From: Octopus vulgaris
Taxonomy: Eukaryota
Reading direction: 5' to 3'
DNA length: 64,000 nt
Assembly: GCA_951406725.2 (NCBI GenBank)
Contig: OX597833.1
Coordinates: forward strand, 22,258,001-22,322,000
Numbering within the stretch: the stretch's first letter is position 1; the number at the start of each line of letters is the position of its first letter. The position numbers and the translations under genes were made by a program. Of the stretch, positions 1 to 12,600 are shown one piece after another. The notes under the pieces were generated by a model that did no database searches, had not been told where the DNA came from, and worked only from the letters and a program-made list of their open reading frames with translations.

Positions 1-170
1 CAAAGAACATGGACGACAGAGCAAGAAATAAAGTAATAAAGACTGGGAATAGCAAAAGACCAAGATGTCAACATACAATAACAAAAGACTCAGTCAGCCC
101 CATTTTTCTTTTATCCTACAATTCGACCAATTTGCTGCAAACAGACAAGCATACATCAATATATACAAGA

Positions 171-226
<56 letters not shown>

Positions 227-310
227 ATATTTATATGTATGTATGTATTTATAAATGTTTATGCAAGTATATGTATATATATATATTTATGATTTATATA
301 TATATATATA

Positions 311-1500
311 CTAGTATTATGACCTGTCGTTGCCGGGTCATAGTGCTAGTGCATGTATATATGTGTATATATATGTGTACATATTACATGTACATTTATA
401 TATATACATCTACACATAAAATACAAAGTTATATCTTGATATCGCTAGTGATAACAATACTCAAAATATATAACAGACTGGAATTGTAATTTAGATCAAT
501 TGCAATTTAGATCAATTGTCTCTTGCAATTTAGATCAATTGTATCTTGTCCTCCCTCTTGTATAGAAGTGTGGCTACAATCCAGCCTACCTCTACTGCTC
601 GGGGGGAGGACATTTTTAATTTTTATCCGGGACGTCCTACATTCCAGATATAAAGGTAAAAATAAAATATTTCCACTTTGCAAGTTCAAGTCGAGTACTC
701 CCTTGCATGCTCCGTTGACTCGAACCTTGCTTCCATTGTGGAAAATTTACCGCCTCTGGTTAGATATCTTTCATAGTCACACCAAGACACTTTTTTGATG
801 GTGCTTTCCTCCAGGTGTTCAAATCTTTTTTCTCTACATTGTATACTTTATAGACAATAGTCTTTTCTTTAATTTAATTTTTTATTATCCATCTGGACTA
901 TTCCATTTCTGCACACTAATTTTGTTTTTAATTTATTCCCATTCATGTGAAACCACTTATTCAAGTTCAAGTCATTGATGCAATTTTATGCCAATTGCTA
1001 TTTTTACTTTTGTTATGTTACGATTATATTATACTTTAGTTTGATTTTAATTATTACTTACTACATATAATTCAATTGTTATTATTATTTCTATTGTTAA
1101 AGTGAAAGCATCTGACATAAAACAGAGAAATGTTTTTATTTCACTTTTAACACGTAATACTGAAATAGTGGAGAAGATATGATATTGCTATGGGCTCGCT
1201 CTAGGCAAGAAGTTGAACATTTTTTTTTTGCCCATGAAACTACATAGACCCTAAGTAAGGCATGTGTAAAATTTGAATGAAATTGGTTGTATAGTTCTCA
1301 AGATTTAGGGAATCGTAGTGGAGAAGATATGATATTGCTGTGGGCTCACCCTAGGCAAAAAGTTAAAAACTTTTTTGCCAATGACACTCCCCGGACCCTA
1401 AGTAAGACATGTGTAAAATTTGAATGAAATTGGTTGTGTAGTTCTCAAGTTTTAGAGAAACACACAGACAGACACACATTCTCAGTTTTCTATATAGAGA
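311..1500 (-). mobile_element. Non-autonomous Helitron-like element
   Basis: The minus strand starts TC at 1500 and ends CTAG at 311-314. A subterminal hairpin (CTAGTATTATGACC...GGGTCATAGTGCTAG) sits at 311-349, and the element lies in (TA)n. It has an internal ~150-bp tandem duplication (1167-1455), and a related 5' portion recurs at 52430-52726. Confidence 0.55.
488..860 (-). pseudogene. Degenerate fragment resembling a LINE ORF1
   Basis: Frameshifted minus-strand translation (FEHLEESTIKKVSW...LPLYLECRTSRIKIKNV...VEVGWIVATLLY) resembles non-LTR ORF1. A triple AATTTAGATCAATTG repeat marks the junction. Recognised by eye only. Confidence 0.3.
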
Positions 1501-1532
1501 TATATATATATATAATGTATGTATATAGGTCC

Positions 1533-1915
1533 AGGAGTGGCTGTGTGGTAAAAAGCTTGCTTACCAACCACATGGTTCTGGGTTCAGTCTCACTGCATGG
1601 CCCCTTGGACAAATGTCTTCTACTATAGCCTCGGGCCGACCAAAGCCTTCTGAATGGATCTGGTATTAGGAAACTGAAAGAAGCCTGTTGTATGTGTGTG
1701 TGAGTGTGTCTGTGTTTGTCCCCCCCCCCACCATCGCTTGACAATTGATGTTAGTGTGTTTACATCCCGGGAACTTAGTGGTTCGGCAAAAGAGACTGGT
1801 AGAATAAGTACCAGGCTTACAAAGAATGAATCCTGGGGTTGATTTGTTCGATTAAAAGGCAGTGCTCCAGCATGGCCACAGTCAAAATGACTGAAACGAA
1901 CACAAGAATACGCAA
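1533..1915 (+). mobile_element. tRNA-derived SINE, family A (CORE-like box)
   Basis: A/B boxes TGGCTGTGTGG and GGTTCAGTCTC, a CCTTGGACAAATGTC CORE-like box, internal (TG)n and a tail ending GACTGAAAC. More than 10 copies occur in the window. Confidence 0.85.
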
Positions 1916-1948
1916 GAATATATATGTATGTATACGTATATATATATA

Positions 1949-2345
1949 CTAGCAGTATCGCCCGGCGTTGCTCGGGTTTGTAAGGGAAATAACTATATAA
2001 GCATTTTTAGAGAGTTATAGCCAAAAAATAGCAAAAAAATGCATTAAAAATTGAAAAAAAATTAAGTTAATTTTTTTTTAAATCGTTGACACATCGTAGA
2101 TATTTTTAGAGAGTTACTTCCCTTATATAATAACGAAAAATATGCATTAAAATGGAAAAATATGATGGTAAATTTTTTTAAAATCGTAGACTCATCGTAG
2201 ACGCGCGCTAATACCCAGAAGGGCTCGATATGAATCACGACTATAAGATACCCGCTTTTGGTTAAACTACACCGCAAAATGTGGGAGTAGTTACGAATCT
2301 AAATCGTAGGAGACAGACACACAACTTCACTCTTATATATAAAGA
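1949..2345 (-). mobile_element. Non-autonomous Helitron
   Basis: Minus strand reads 5'-TC...CCCGAGCAACGCCGGG hairpin...CTAG-3', inserted between A and T with no TSD. Confidence 0.75.
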
Positions 2346-2457
2346 TATAAGCCACGTAGTTATATACACATACTTTGTTATATACACATTCTTAAAAGAA
2401 AATGTTATTTTGAACACAACATTTACAAAGAATAAAATATTTTTTGGTTTTTCTTAA

Positions 2458-3280
2458 CCCTTTCGTTACTATATTTCTGACCAAAATACACCCCTTATGT
2501 GTTTCAATGAATTTCTAACGTAATCATAAATTTAGTCTGGTTTCATTAAACAACTATAACTTTTTTATTTATGAATATATTAATCTGATTTTTGGAAGAT
2601 AATTTAGTGAAATGTTCTCAACCAATTCTATATTATAATTTTTGTCACAAAGTGACTCTAATTGCAGGTAGATACAGGTAAATTCAACAATATATAAAAT
2701 TATTAAAATTTTGTTCAAACATCGCTATAGAAAATGGGTTATTAGCTAATATTCAATTGGGTATACAACAAAATTTTACGCTAGAATTTGTTATTCTGGG
2801 TAACTTTCTAATACCCATAATAATATTTATGGCAAAATAGGCCTTAATTTCATTTAAGGTTGTGGGAAATAACAAACTATCGTTTCTTTCGCTTTGTTTA
2901 GGTTGAGATCAAATACCACATGCTTTTTTTTTTCAGTCATAGAGTTAGATTTATGAAGGTCTTCAGTAGAAAATCCTTCGAATTCTGACTCGCTGCTTGA
3001 TATAATGAAATTCGTATCCATTTTTTGTCAGAATTACAAATTTTGAAAACACAATAGGAACAAATTTCAGAAAAAAATCTCCCATAATTCACGGAATTAA
3101 AATTACACTTCGATTTTTGTACAAAACTGTAGTTGAACTGTTTACGAAGTATAATACGTGTTTTCACGAATGTTCTAAAGAGATTTACTCTGATATTCTC
3201 ATTTAAATATGAATAGGTAAATTCGGGCGGCTTGGTCACATTAACCAAAATTTTTTTCGGGCGGTTTGGTAACAAAAGGG
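2458..3280. mobile_element. Non-autonomous piggyBac-type element
   Basis: TTAA at 2454-2457 and 3281-3284. TIRs CCCTTTCGTTAC / GTAACAAAAGGG match 11/12. Subterminal direct repeats TTCGGGCGG(C/T)TTGGT. Confidence 0.8.
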
Positions 3281-3685
3281 TTAAATGGATGCATACATTT
3301 ATTAATAACTATATATAAGTGTCATCTGTTTATACATAAACACTGTTTCATACTGCAATTATATATACATATATCTATATATAATATTATATAATAAAAT
3401 ATATACAGAGTAAAATAAAAACCAATTTACCTTTTCTGTATTGTTATTCGACCGTCCGTGTGTCTTTGCAAATGTGTTGGAATGATAAGTGAGTTGTGTT
3501 TTGGCGCCTTTTTTTACTAATAACAAACACACACGTGTTTGTATGTAGTTGTTTGAAACGTTTCTGTTTGCCACTCTCATATATGTATGTGTATGCGTGT
3601 GTGTGAGGAATGACACACACACACTCACGCACGCACACATGTACATCAATGCTTTTATGAGCGTCATAGAGAGAAACAAATATTA

Positions 3686-3763
3686 CATCGCCATCGCCAT
3701 AGCCATCGCCAAAGCCATCGCCATCGCCATAGCCATCGCCATCGCCATAGCCATCGCCATCGC
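3686..3763. repeat. (CCATCG/CCATAG)n hexamer repeat
   Basis: About 13 hexamer units, directly visible. Confidence 0.95.
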
Positions 3764-4167
3764 ATTCTATTTTCTACCTGTCAACACACAGTGAATTAGT
3801 TTCAGTTTATTCATTGCCCACTGTGTGTGTGCGTTTGCGTGTGGTGTAAACCAGACTAAGAAAAGCATTTGACACACACACCAGAATGTGAGTTTTCTGT
3901 AAATTTTGCTTAATTGGAGTTTAAATTTTGAAAACTGGACCTGGCATGACGCGATGCATTGTACTCTTAAAAATGCAAGGTAAATTGTAATTGAAGAAAT
4001 CCTATATTGTAGATTTGTATAACTCCCAAAGGGAGGCAGATAAAATCTGCCTTTTATAATAAGAGATATATATAATAAATAAAAATATACGCATACATAC
4101 AAACATATATGTATGTACCTACATCTACATGTATATATACATGCATATATAAATAAATATACGTAAG

Positions 4168-4540
4168 TACAGGACACCACAAGACGTAGAAACGGGAAAA
4201 ACAAAAATTTTACAACAAGATAACACGTACAGGACATGCTACACAAGGAAAAATCCACCGTCATCAGCTGTCGCTAGTTAACTCAGGCGTGTTTCAAAGG
4301 CAAGACAGGACACATCGTCAACTAGGCCTTCCTATGAGAGAATTAAAATAAAATTCCAAGCAGCGGGGTAAAACGGGTAAGAACACAAACAGGATGTAAC
4401 AATAAAACTGCACAATAAAATACAAGATAAAAATACATGTACAAAAAAATACAAGACGAGAAATAAAAAGAGAATACAATACGGGAAATCAAACAAACAA
4501 GAGAATAAATGAGAAAAAACAAACAAACGAAAAGGCCTAT
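4168..4540. mobile_element. Short dispersed repeat inserted in TA/CA microsatellite (TACAGGACA family)
   Basis: Shares its start TACAGGACA(C/T)CA and an internal TCATCAG...TTTC layout with 50778-51060 and 57603-57780. Confidence 0.45.
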
Positions 4541-5335
4541 ATATGTGTATGTATATATATATATGTGCATGTGCGTAAGTACATATGTGTGTGTATATAT
4601 GTATGTATGTATGCATGTATATGTGTGTATACATGTATGTATGTGTGTATGTATACACAATTTATACATGTAAATATAAACTTCATTAAAGTGGATCCTT
4701 AATGGATTGAGAGATATCAAAGAGAAGCAAACCACAATTAATGGCCAGACAGAATGATGCAAACCAGACAGTTAAGTAATCCATTATCATAATACAGAAT
4801 GCAGTCATGAAGGGTAGTTCACTGTTGTTTGGTAATCTGCAACTCCAGCAGTATCTAAAGATCTAAAGACGAATGGAACCGTATAAATGGCATAAAAGTA
4901 TATTAAAAACAGACAAATGAGTTACCTAGTACTGCTACAATTGTTTCATTAAGACTCTTTATTGTGATGTAAACATGGAAGAGTCAGATATGCAAGATGT
5001 ACAATATCCATATGATTATGCAACTCCCAACTCATCTGGCTTACCAAATATACAAGCAAGCAGTGAGATGCTGATGAATCAACAGTTCAGCAATTAGTGA
5101 AATTTCTCATCAGAATTACCAAGTTTCAAGAAATGTACAAATATATATATACAAGATAAGAAAATGGAGAAATACATCTAAATCAGATATCAATTACCAG
5201 ATAATACTCAATCACATACTTTATTAAACCACCACATAAGAGACTGTAGGGTTAAACATATATATATATATATATATACACACACATACATACATAAGTG
5301 TATATATACATGCATACATATATATACATATACAA

Positions 5336-5372
<37 letters not shown>

Positions 5373-6552
5373 CATACACACACACACATACAGGCACACA
5401 CACACAATGTGTGTGTGTGTGTGTGTGTATACCTATATGATATCATTATTATCGTTTAACATCCATGTTGCATGTTGGCTTGGATTGTATGATTCGATCC
5501 GATGGGTCTGAGGATTGTATCATGTTCCAGTATCTGTTTCGGCATGGTTTCTACAACTGGATGCCCTTCTTAATGTCAACCACTTTACAGAGTGTACTGG
5601 AGGCTTCTTTTGTAGCACCAGCACTAGAGAGGATGTCATGTAGCTTACAAAACTAAGATCATGTTTGACTAAGTGAGGTGTCTTAATGCCAGGAGGTGAG
5701 AGATTTAAAGTATGAGAGAAGGGGCCAGGACAGAACAGGTTTCTTCCTGATGAGGTGTCAAAGTGGACCCTCATTGTACAAGGTGAATAGTTATGGGGAC
5801 AGCAGAACAGGGTGCGTGTGTGTGAGGGTAGCAATTGTAAGGCAACATAGGAGATTGAGAGAAGGTGAGAGATGGAGAATGGGTGAGGAGATGAATGTAA
5901 TGAATGAAGAACAAGTGTTAAGGGATGATAAGTAGGAAAGAGTAGAGAAGTGTAGGTAACACTGTAAAGATAAGGTTGAAGGAATGGATGTAGTGATTGA
6001 TGGATATGGGGTGGGAATGACCTATGTTACATGAGTTGGGGCAAGGAAGTGGAGGATAGGAGAAAAAGGGAGGTGAACAGAAGAATAGTAATAATGATAC
6101 AGTTAAGAGGGGAAGGATGAGAGAGATTAAGAAAAAAAGAGAGAAAGAACGAGTTGGTGTGAGGTTGTAAGAGTTTGGAACAGCATAATAAATTGAAGCA
6201 GGGGAGATGTATAGTAGTAGAGAAGAGATAATTTGGTGGCTCAGGAGAATGATCAATGTAAAATGTGGGTGGAGAGGATAGTATTAAGAATGGAAAATGG
6301 TTCCGGGTAGTAAGAAAAATAAGTAGTATAATGGAAAACATAATAAAGTATGCAGTTCTACTCATATTTATTTACAGCAGCAAAATTGTACAGTTAGAGG
6401 GATGATGGGTGGTGGGAATGACTTGTGGACAGAGTGAGGGTGGCAGTTGTGCATAAATGTGTACATATATATGTAAATGTCCCCGGATATATGGCTTAGT
6501 GGTTAACAGCGCAAGCTACTAACCCCAAGATTCCGAATTCTCCTTTTAAAAA

Positions 6553-6865
6553 AGTGGAGGCGCAATGGCCCAGTGGTTAGGGCAGTGGACTCGCGGTCGT
6601 AGGATCGCGGTTTCGATTCCCAGTCCGGGCGTTGTGAGTGTTTATTGAGCGAAAACACCTAAAGCTCCACGAGGCTCCGGCAGGGGGTTGTGGTGATCCC
6701 TGCTGTACTCTTCCGCCACAACTTTCTCTCACTCTTTCTTCTGTTGGTCTGCTCACTTAGCCAGCGGGGTGGCGTCATTTAAAGGCTAAAACAATGCGAA
6801 GCGCATTGTGACCAGCGATGTGTAGCAACATCTGATGGTCTGGTCGGTCACGGTGATCACGGTGA
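6553..6865 (+). mobile_element. tRNA-derived SINE, family C
   Basis: Head GTGGAGGCGCAATGGCCCAGTGGTTAGGGCAG...GGTTTCGATTCCC with A/B boxes. The same head occurs inverted at 18270-18341. Confidence 0.85.
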
Positions 6866-7289
6866 TATATGTAAATACACACACACACACACGTCATCAT
6901 CATCATTATCATTTAGCATCCATTATCCATACTGGCATGGATTAGACAGTTTGACTGGAACTGGTATGCCAGAGAGCTGCACCAGGCTCCCGTCCACTTT
7001 GGCTTGGTTTCTACAGCTGGATCCCCTATATTTACTGGATAGCCATATTTACTCAACTAAAAGGGGACATTAAATGATAATGATGATAATCTCATTTGAT
7101 GCCTTAGCAATTCCACAACATAATTAACCTGGACTGATACTTTATTTTATTGACCCAAAAAGGATAAAAGGCAAAGTTAACTTCAGCAGGATTTGAACTC
7201 AGGATACAGAGAGCCAGAAGAAGTACCACAAGGCATCCTACCCAATATGTAAACAGCTCTACCTAAGAATTCATGATGGTTTCTTCTGA

Positions 7290-7790
7290 CCTGAAGCAAG
7301 GACCACATTTCAAAATGAAAATATATATCTTTCTTTTCTGACTCATTAAAAGCAAGTGCACCATTTCTCTCCTGTGACATCACAATTTTCTCTCACACAC
7401 TGTCTAGCAATCTGAAATACCTCAGTTCTTTGGCCCTCACATCACTGGACATTGGCAAACTTCTTCTTTTCTGATTCGCCCTTGGCTATGTATACCTATT
7501 TCTTTACTACCCACAAGGGGCTAAACACAGAGGGGACAAACAAGGACAGACAAATGGATTAAGTCGATTACATCTACTCCAGTGCGTAACTGGTACTTAA
7601 TTTATCGACCCCGAAAGGATGAAAGGCAAAGTCGACCTTGGCAGAATTTGAACTCAGAATGTAACGCCAGACGAAATACAGCTACGCATTTCGCTCAGCG
7701 TGCTAACGTTTCTGCCAGCTCGCCACCTTGTATACCTGGCTATGTATACCTGTCGCCTAGCCTCCCTCTCGTACAGTTCCCTGCTACTGT
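7290..7790 (-). pseudogene. RTE-clade LINE ORF fragment interrupted by a SINE
   Basis: Minus translation VYIAKGESEKKKFANV..EGQRTEVFQIARQCVRENCDVTGEK resembles the RTE APE-RT linker; contains stops. Confidence 0.55.
7498..7728 (-). mobile_element. SINE family B (Meta/MESC-like core) with 15-bp TSD
   Basis: Minus head GG(C/T)GGCGAGCTGGCAGAAACG and core GCCTTTCATCCTTTCGGGGTCGATAAATTAAGTACCAG. TSD TGGCTATGTATACCT at 7483-7497 and 7737-7751. Confidence 0.85.
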
Positions 7791-7911
7791 ACCCTGCCAC
7801 TCCTTGACAACTAGTGTTGGTGTGTTTATGTCCCCATAACTTAGCAGTTCAGCAAAAGGTGCCAATAGAATAAGTATCAGGCTTATAAAAAAAAAAGTAC
7901 TGGGGTTGATT

Positions 7912-8265
7912 CATCATCATCATCGTTTAACGTCTGCTTTCCATGCTAGCATGGGTTGGACGATTTGATTGAGGACTGGCGAACCAGATGGCTGCACCAG
8001 GCTCCAATCTGATCTGGCAGAGTTTCTACAGCTGGATGCCTTTCCTAATGCCAACCACTCTGAGAGTGTAGTGGGTGCTTTTATTAGTCACTGGCACGAT
8101 GGCCAGTCTGGTGGTACTGGCAACAGCCACGCTCAAGTGGTGTTTTTTACGTGCCACCTGCGCCGGAGTCAGTCCAGTGGCACTGGCAATGACCTCGCTC
8201 GAATGTTTTTCATGTGCCAGTAAGGCGACGCTGGTAACTATCACGTTTGAATGGTGCCTGGACAC
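7912..8265 (-). mobile_element. Non-LTR/SINE family D with (ATG)n tail
   Basis: CATCATCGTTTAACGTC...CCATGCTAGCATGGGTTGGAC...TTTCTACAGCTGGATGCC. Other copies at about 5445, 6895, 42700 (opposite strand), 50035, 54092, 57830 and 60942. Confidence 0.75.
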
Positions 8266-8279
8266 AGTCTAACGACTGA

Positions 8280-8810
8280 AAAAAAGTAAAAGATAAAAAC
8301 TTTGTCTTTCTTTATTGAAAATGGAAAGAAAGAGTAAAGATGGAAAGAAAGAGTAAAGAGGATTTTGAAAGCAAACTGGAGAGAGTTTGGAAAGGAAGAA
8401 GTAAAAAAAGAGATTAGACAGGAAGATTTAAAGAGATTAGAGAGACAAGAGTAAGGAAAGCGAGACGACAAAGGAAGATGGAGAGAGAGAGAGAGAGAGA
8501 ATAGACAGAAGAATGAAAAAACAAGGATTAGAAAAGGGAGACGCAGAGAGAGAGAGGGATGAAAGGAGGACGGAGATGAAGAAAAAAAAACAAAAGGAAA
8601 GATTAGGAAAGCAGAAAAGAGAAAATAAAAAGGAAGATGGAAAGATTACAAAGGAAAACCGAAAGAGAAAGGAGGTTTAGAAACGAAAACAGGAAGAGAA
8701 ATTTCAAAGACAGGAAGAAGGAAAGAGAGATTAGAACGGAAGAAAGGGAGAGAAATTAGTTAGGAAGACGCAAAGAGAAAGAAAAACTGGAAGAAGGAAA
8801 GCAGAGGGGA
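8280..8810. repeat. Purine-rich (GA) low-complexity tract
   Basis: Almost only A/G on +. Similar tracts at 5830-6440, 48660-49220, 51180-51420 and 58020-58660. Confidence 0.8.
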
Positions 8811-9344
8811 AAACCTGATAAATAGTGATTGTTACATTATTAGTACGGAGAGTATTTTTTGAAGCCAACAAGTTTTGCTGACCAATCGTTTACGGCAATA
8901 AAACAATAGCCGCCTACAAATTTCAACAATAGCTATAGTAACAACAAAAGCTTTATCAATAGTCGTTATAATATTAACAACATCAACATCAACAGTAGTA
9001 GTAGTAGTAGCAGAAGTACAACAGTTCTAATCTTTGCGAATAAACAAGAAATTAGCCATATCAACAGGAAGAAAAAAGACAAAAAAAAAGGGAAGAAAAA
9101 AAAACGCCATAGCAACAACAGTCAAACCTCCATCGTCGTTATCATCATCATCACCATTATCACCATCATCAATAGTAATGATTATTAATGATGACAGTGG
9201 TGGTAGTGAGTAATAACAATAACAAATTAGGCCAGCAATATTGTCGTCACTTAACGTGGTCGAACCAATAAGAAGTAGGAACGAAATCTCCCTCAGATTA
9301 CACGCCACCGTCTTTCAAAAAGAAAGCCTATTTTCGATATTCTC

Positions 9345-9559
9345 TCTCTTTCTCTTTTACTTGTTTCAGTCATTTGACTGCGGCCATGCTGGAGCACCGC
9401 CTTTAGTCGAGCAAATCGACCCCGGGACTTATTCTTTGTAAGCCCAGTACTTATTCTATCGGTCTCTTTTGCCGAACCGCTAAGTGACGGGGACGTAAAC
9501 ACACCAGCATCGGTCGTCAAGCAATGCTAGGGGGACAAACACAGACACACAAACACACA

Positions 9560-9609
<50 letters not shown>

Positions 9610-9640
9610 TACGACAGGCTTCTTTCAGTTTCCGTCTACC
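9345..9640 (-). mobile_element. SINE family A, 5'-truncated, young copy
   Basis: Near-identical reverse complement of the 3' part of 37890-38295. Confidence 0.85.
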
Positions 9641-10187
9641 CTTGTCTTAGATTCAGTATCTTTTATATTTTACTTGTTATAGTCATTTAACTCCGGCCGT
9701 GCTGGGGCACCGCCTTGGGGAATTTTAGTCGAACGAATCGACCCAAGTACTTACTTTCTTTCCTTTTATAGCCTATTCTATTGGTCTGTTTTGCTGAACT
9801 GCTAAGTTACGAGAACATTAGTAACACCAACACCGATTGGGGCAAACACAGACACAAAGAACGAATACACATAGATGTTTGTAAATTTCAAGAAAAAATA
9901 ATAATCCTTTCTACTATAGGCAGAAAGCCTGACATTTTGAGAAGAGGGCTAGTCTATTAAATCGACCCCAGTGTTCAACTAGTATTTATTTCATCGAACT
10001 CAAAAGGATGAAAGGCAAAGTCGACCTCAGCGGAATTTGAACTCAGAGCGTAAAGATTCTGCCAGCTCGTAGCTTTAAAAATAATAACGATAGTAATACT
10101 TTACTACTGTAGACACAAAGCCTGAAATTTTGGTGGAGAGGGCTAGGCGATTACACCAGCCCCAGAGCTTTACAACAACAACAACAA

Positions 10188-10189
<2 letters not shown>

Positions 10190-10222
<33 letters not shown>

Positions 10223-10810
10223 ATCTTTTCTTTATTAAACCACCTAGGGTTCATATAAAAGATTTGGTGGAGTAAAGGAAAATACGAATAAAAAAAAGTG
10301 GGATTGAAGCGTGTGAAAACAAAATAATGAAAATTATAACAATTAAAATCCCCAAAAGAAAGAGACTTGCAAGGGCTGCTCATGGAAACCCCGCAAAAAC
10401 GACGATCGCCTCTAGGGCAAGTGCCGTTTCCTTATCATTTACACTCGATCTAGAGGCGCATGCTTAGAGTGTGTTCACTCGGGCCATTCGCGCTAGATTT
10501 ACCTATGTTTTAACAAAATTACTGGGAGGCAACACTTCCCTCTCTTTCCTTTCCAAGTAAAACTTGAAAAAGTTGATGAGGACTTGGCCAAAGAGGAAAG
10601 TATCTGTCTCCAACCCTTTCAACCTGGTCCACCACACAGCCTCTTTCGTTAACGCAACCAAACAAAGAAACACTTGTTGCCCTTCCCGGCCTAAGGAAGG
10701 CAGTGGGATGATCCTCACGATAGACTCAGCCGATAACCGAATCCGTCCTACACGCGACAGCAGATGTTCAACATAAACCTACAAGTCAGGAAGACATTGT
10801 ATGAAGTGGT
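10190..10810 (-). mobile_element. 3' end of a Tx1/L1-like LINE (ORF2 C-terminus, 3' UTR, tail)
   Basis: Minus translation YVEHLLSRVGRIRLSAESIVRIIPLP...FLCLVALTKEAVWWTR...INFFKFYLERKERE resembles the L1/Tx1 ORF2 C-terminus. AATAAA at 10231-10236 (minus) is followed by a (TAC)n tail. Confidence 0.6.
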
Positions 10811-11099
10811 TTGACAGAATATCGACTGATCATTAGTTCGTTAAGTTAGGAACAAAGAAAACAAATCTGTTACCAATCACAATCGCCTCCACAGCTCTTA
10901 AAGATAAAAACTACAATCACAACAGCCACGCGATGTCTGACAAGATGAACGAACTAAATCGTTTATATGAAAAGGTTTAAAGCTCCTCTCCGGTTGGCGG
11001 CTGCGGTGATCCTTCATGCTAAAGCCGTCAACACAAATATGTACAGAAACCAGAACAGAATACAATACAAACTCAAATGTCAGATTTTTACAAAACAAA

Positions 11100-11262
11100 C
11101 GCAGATACGGCTGTGATGTTAAGAAGATCGCTGTGCAGCCACGTGGTCTTGGGTTCAGTCCCACGATGCGGCATCTTGGGAAAGTGTCGTCTTCTACTAT
11201 AACCCAGATTAATGTCTTGTGAATGAATCTAGTAAACAGAAACTATGTGGAAGCCCGTTGTA

Positions 11263-11311
<49 letters not shown>

Positions 11312-11497
11312 CATATCCTTTGACAACCAGTGTTGCTTTGTTTATGTCAAGTAACTTAGCTGTTTATCGTTTCGGCAAAAGAGACCGATAGATTAAGTAC
11401 CAGACTTTAAAAAAAAATTAGTGCTGAAGTTGAACTGTTCAAAGCGGTGCTCCAGCATGGTCGCACTCCAATGACTGAAACAGGTAAAAGATAAAAG
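11100..11497 (+). mobile_element. SINE family A, diverged
   Basis: Same head, CORE-like box, (TG)n and tail as 1533-1915. Confidence 0.8.
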
Positions 11498-11579
11498 AGG
11501 CTTCGACAATTAAGTTATCCAACATAAAACCATTGCTAAATGTACCTAAGTATAAAATATACAGCTAATCAAGAATAAG

Positions 11580-12600
11580 TACGAGGTCTGATCAAAAAGT
11601 AACTGGGCTGTTGCTATGGTAATGGATTTAAAGAACACAGAGTACGACCACTTGGCGCAGATTGACCTTGAACTCTGTCGTGCGTGCACACTAAATTATG
11701 ACTGTCTCGCTGACTTCCGTTGTTTATAGCTGTGCTTAGAAGTAGAGTGTGTTCCGTTACGTTCTGAGTTCGAATTCCGCCAAGGTCGATTTTTGCCTTT
11801 CATCCTTTCGGGGTCGGTAAACTAAGTACCAGTTACGCACTGGGGTCGAAGTAATCGACTTAATACCTATTTCTTTACTACCAACAAGGAGCTAAACACA
11901 GAGGGGACAAACAAGGACAGACACATGGATTAAGTCGATTATATCGATCCCAGTGCGTAACTGGTACTTATTTAATCGACCCCGAAAGGATGAAAGGCAA
12001 AGTCGACCTCGGCGGAATTTGAGCTCAGAACGTAACGGCAGACGAAATGCGGCTACACATTTCGCCCGGCGTGCTAACGTTTCTGCCAGCTCGCCGCCTT
12101 AATACCTTAATACCTTAATCGACTTAATACCTTTGTCTGTCCTTGTTTGCCCCCTCTATGTTAAGCTCCTTGTGGGCAATAAAGAAATAAGAAGTAGAGT
12201 ATGTAGAATGTATTTATCTCGAAAAGAAGACCGGGTTTCAGCTGTACAGGATCTCCTTGATTGTATCGAGGAAGAAGAAAGCCTTTTGAAAACTGTCCTA
12301 ATAGGTGACGAATCGTGGGTTTATAGCTATGACCCTGAAACCAAGGCAAAAATCAAATCCCACTTGAACGGAACAAGATTTCAAAATACAGAAGAAATCC
12401 AAGAGAATGCGACGAAGTAACTGTTCGCTTTCCCACCAAAAATGAAGTTCCATGAATGCTTCCATCAATGGAAACGACGCTGGATAAAATGTGTGGCTTC
12501 AGAAGGGGACTACTTCGAAGGAGCTTAAATGCCGAATTGGTATGTGATGTAGTTTTCTTTTTGTAGCATCACCCCTGATATTTTTTGATCAAACTTCGTA
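11580..12600 (+). mobile_element. Internally deleted mariner transposon with both TIRs
   Basis: TA-CGAGGTCTGATCAAAAAG ... TTTTTGATCAAACTTCG-TA. Transposase remnants GDESWVYSYDPETK and FHQWKRRWIKCVASEGDYFEG at 12230-12527. Two nested SINEs lie inside. Confidence 0.85.
11748..12192. mobile_element. Nested family-B SINEs (minus copy 11869-12099 inside a plus copy)
   Basis: 17-bp TSD TAATCGACTTAATACCT at 11852-11868 and 12116-12132. Confidence 0.85.

Noticed and set aside
5065-5113. CTGATGA...GAAA hammerhead-like spacing
   Set aside because: Stem II is not convincingly paired and the stem I register is off; not supportable from one copy.
9241-9520. Recurrent peptides such as [19 protein letters not shown] and MTTDAGVFTSPSLSGSAKETDR
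   Set aside because: They recur because they are frames of the family-A SINE.
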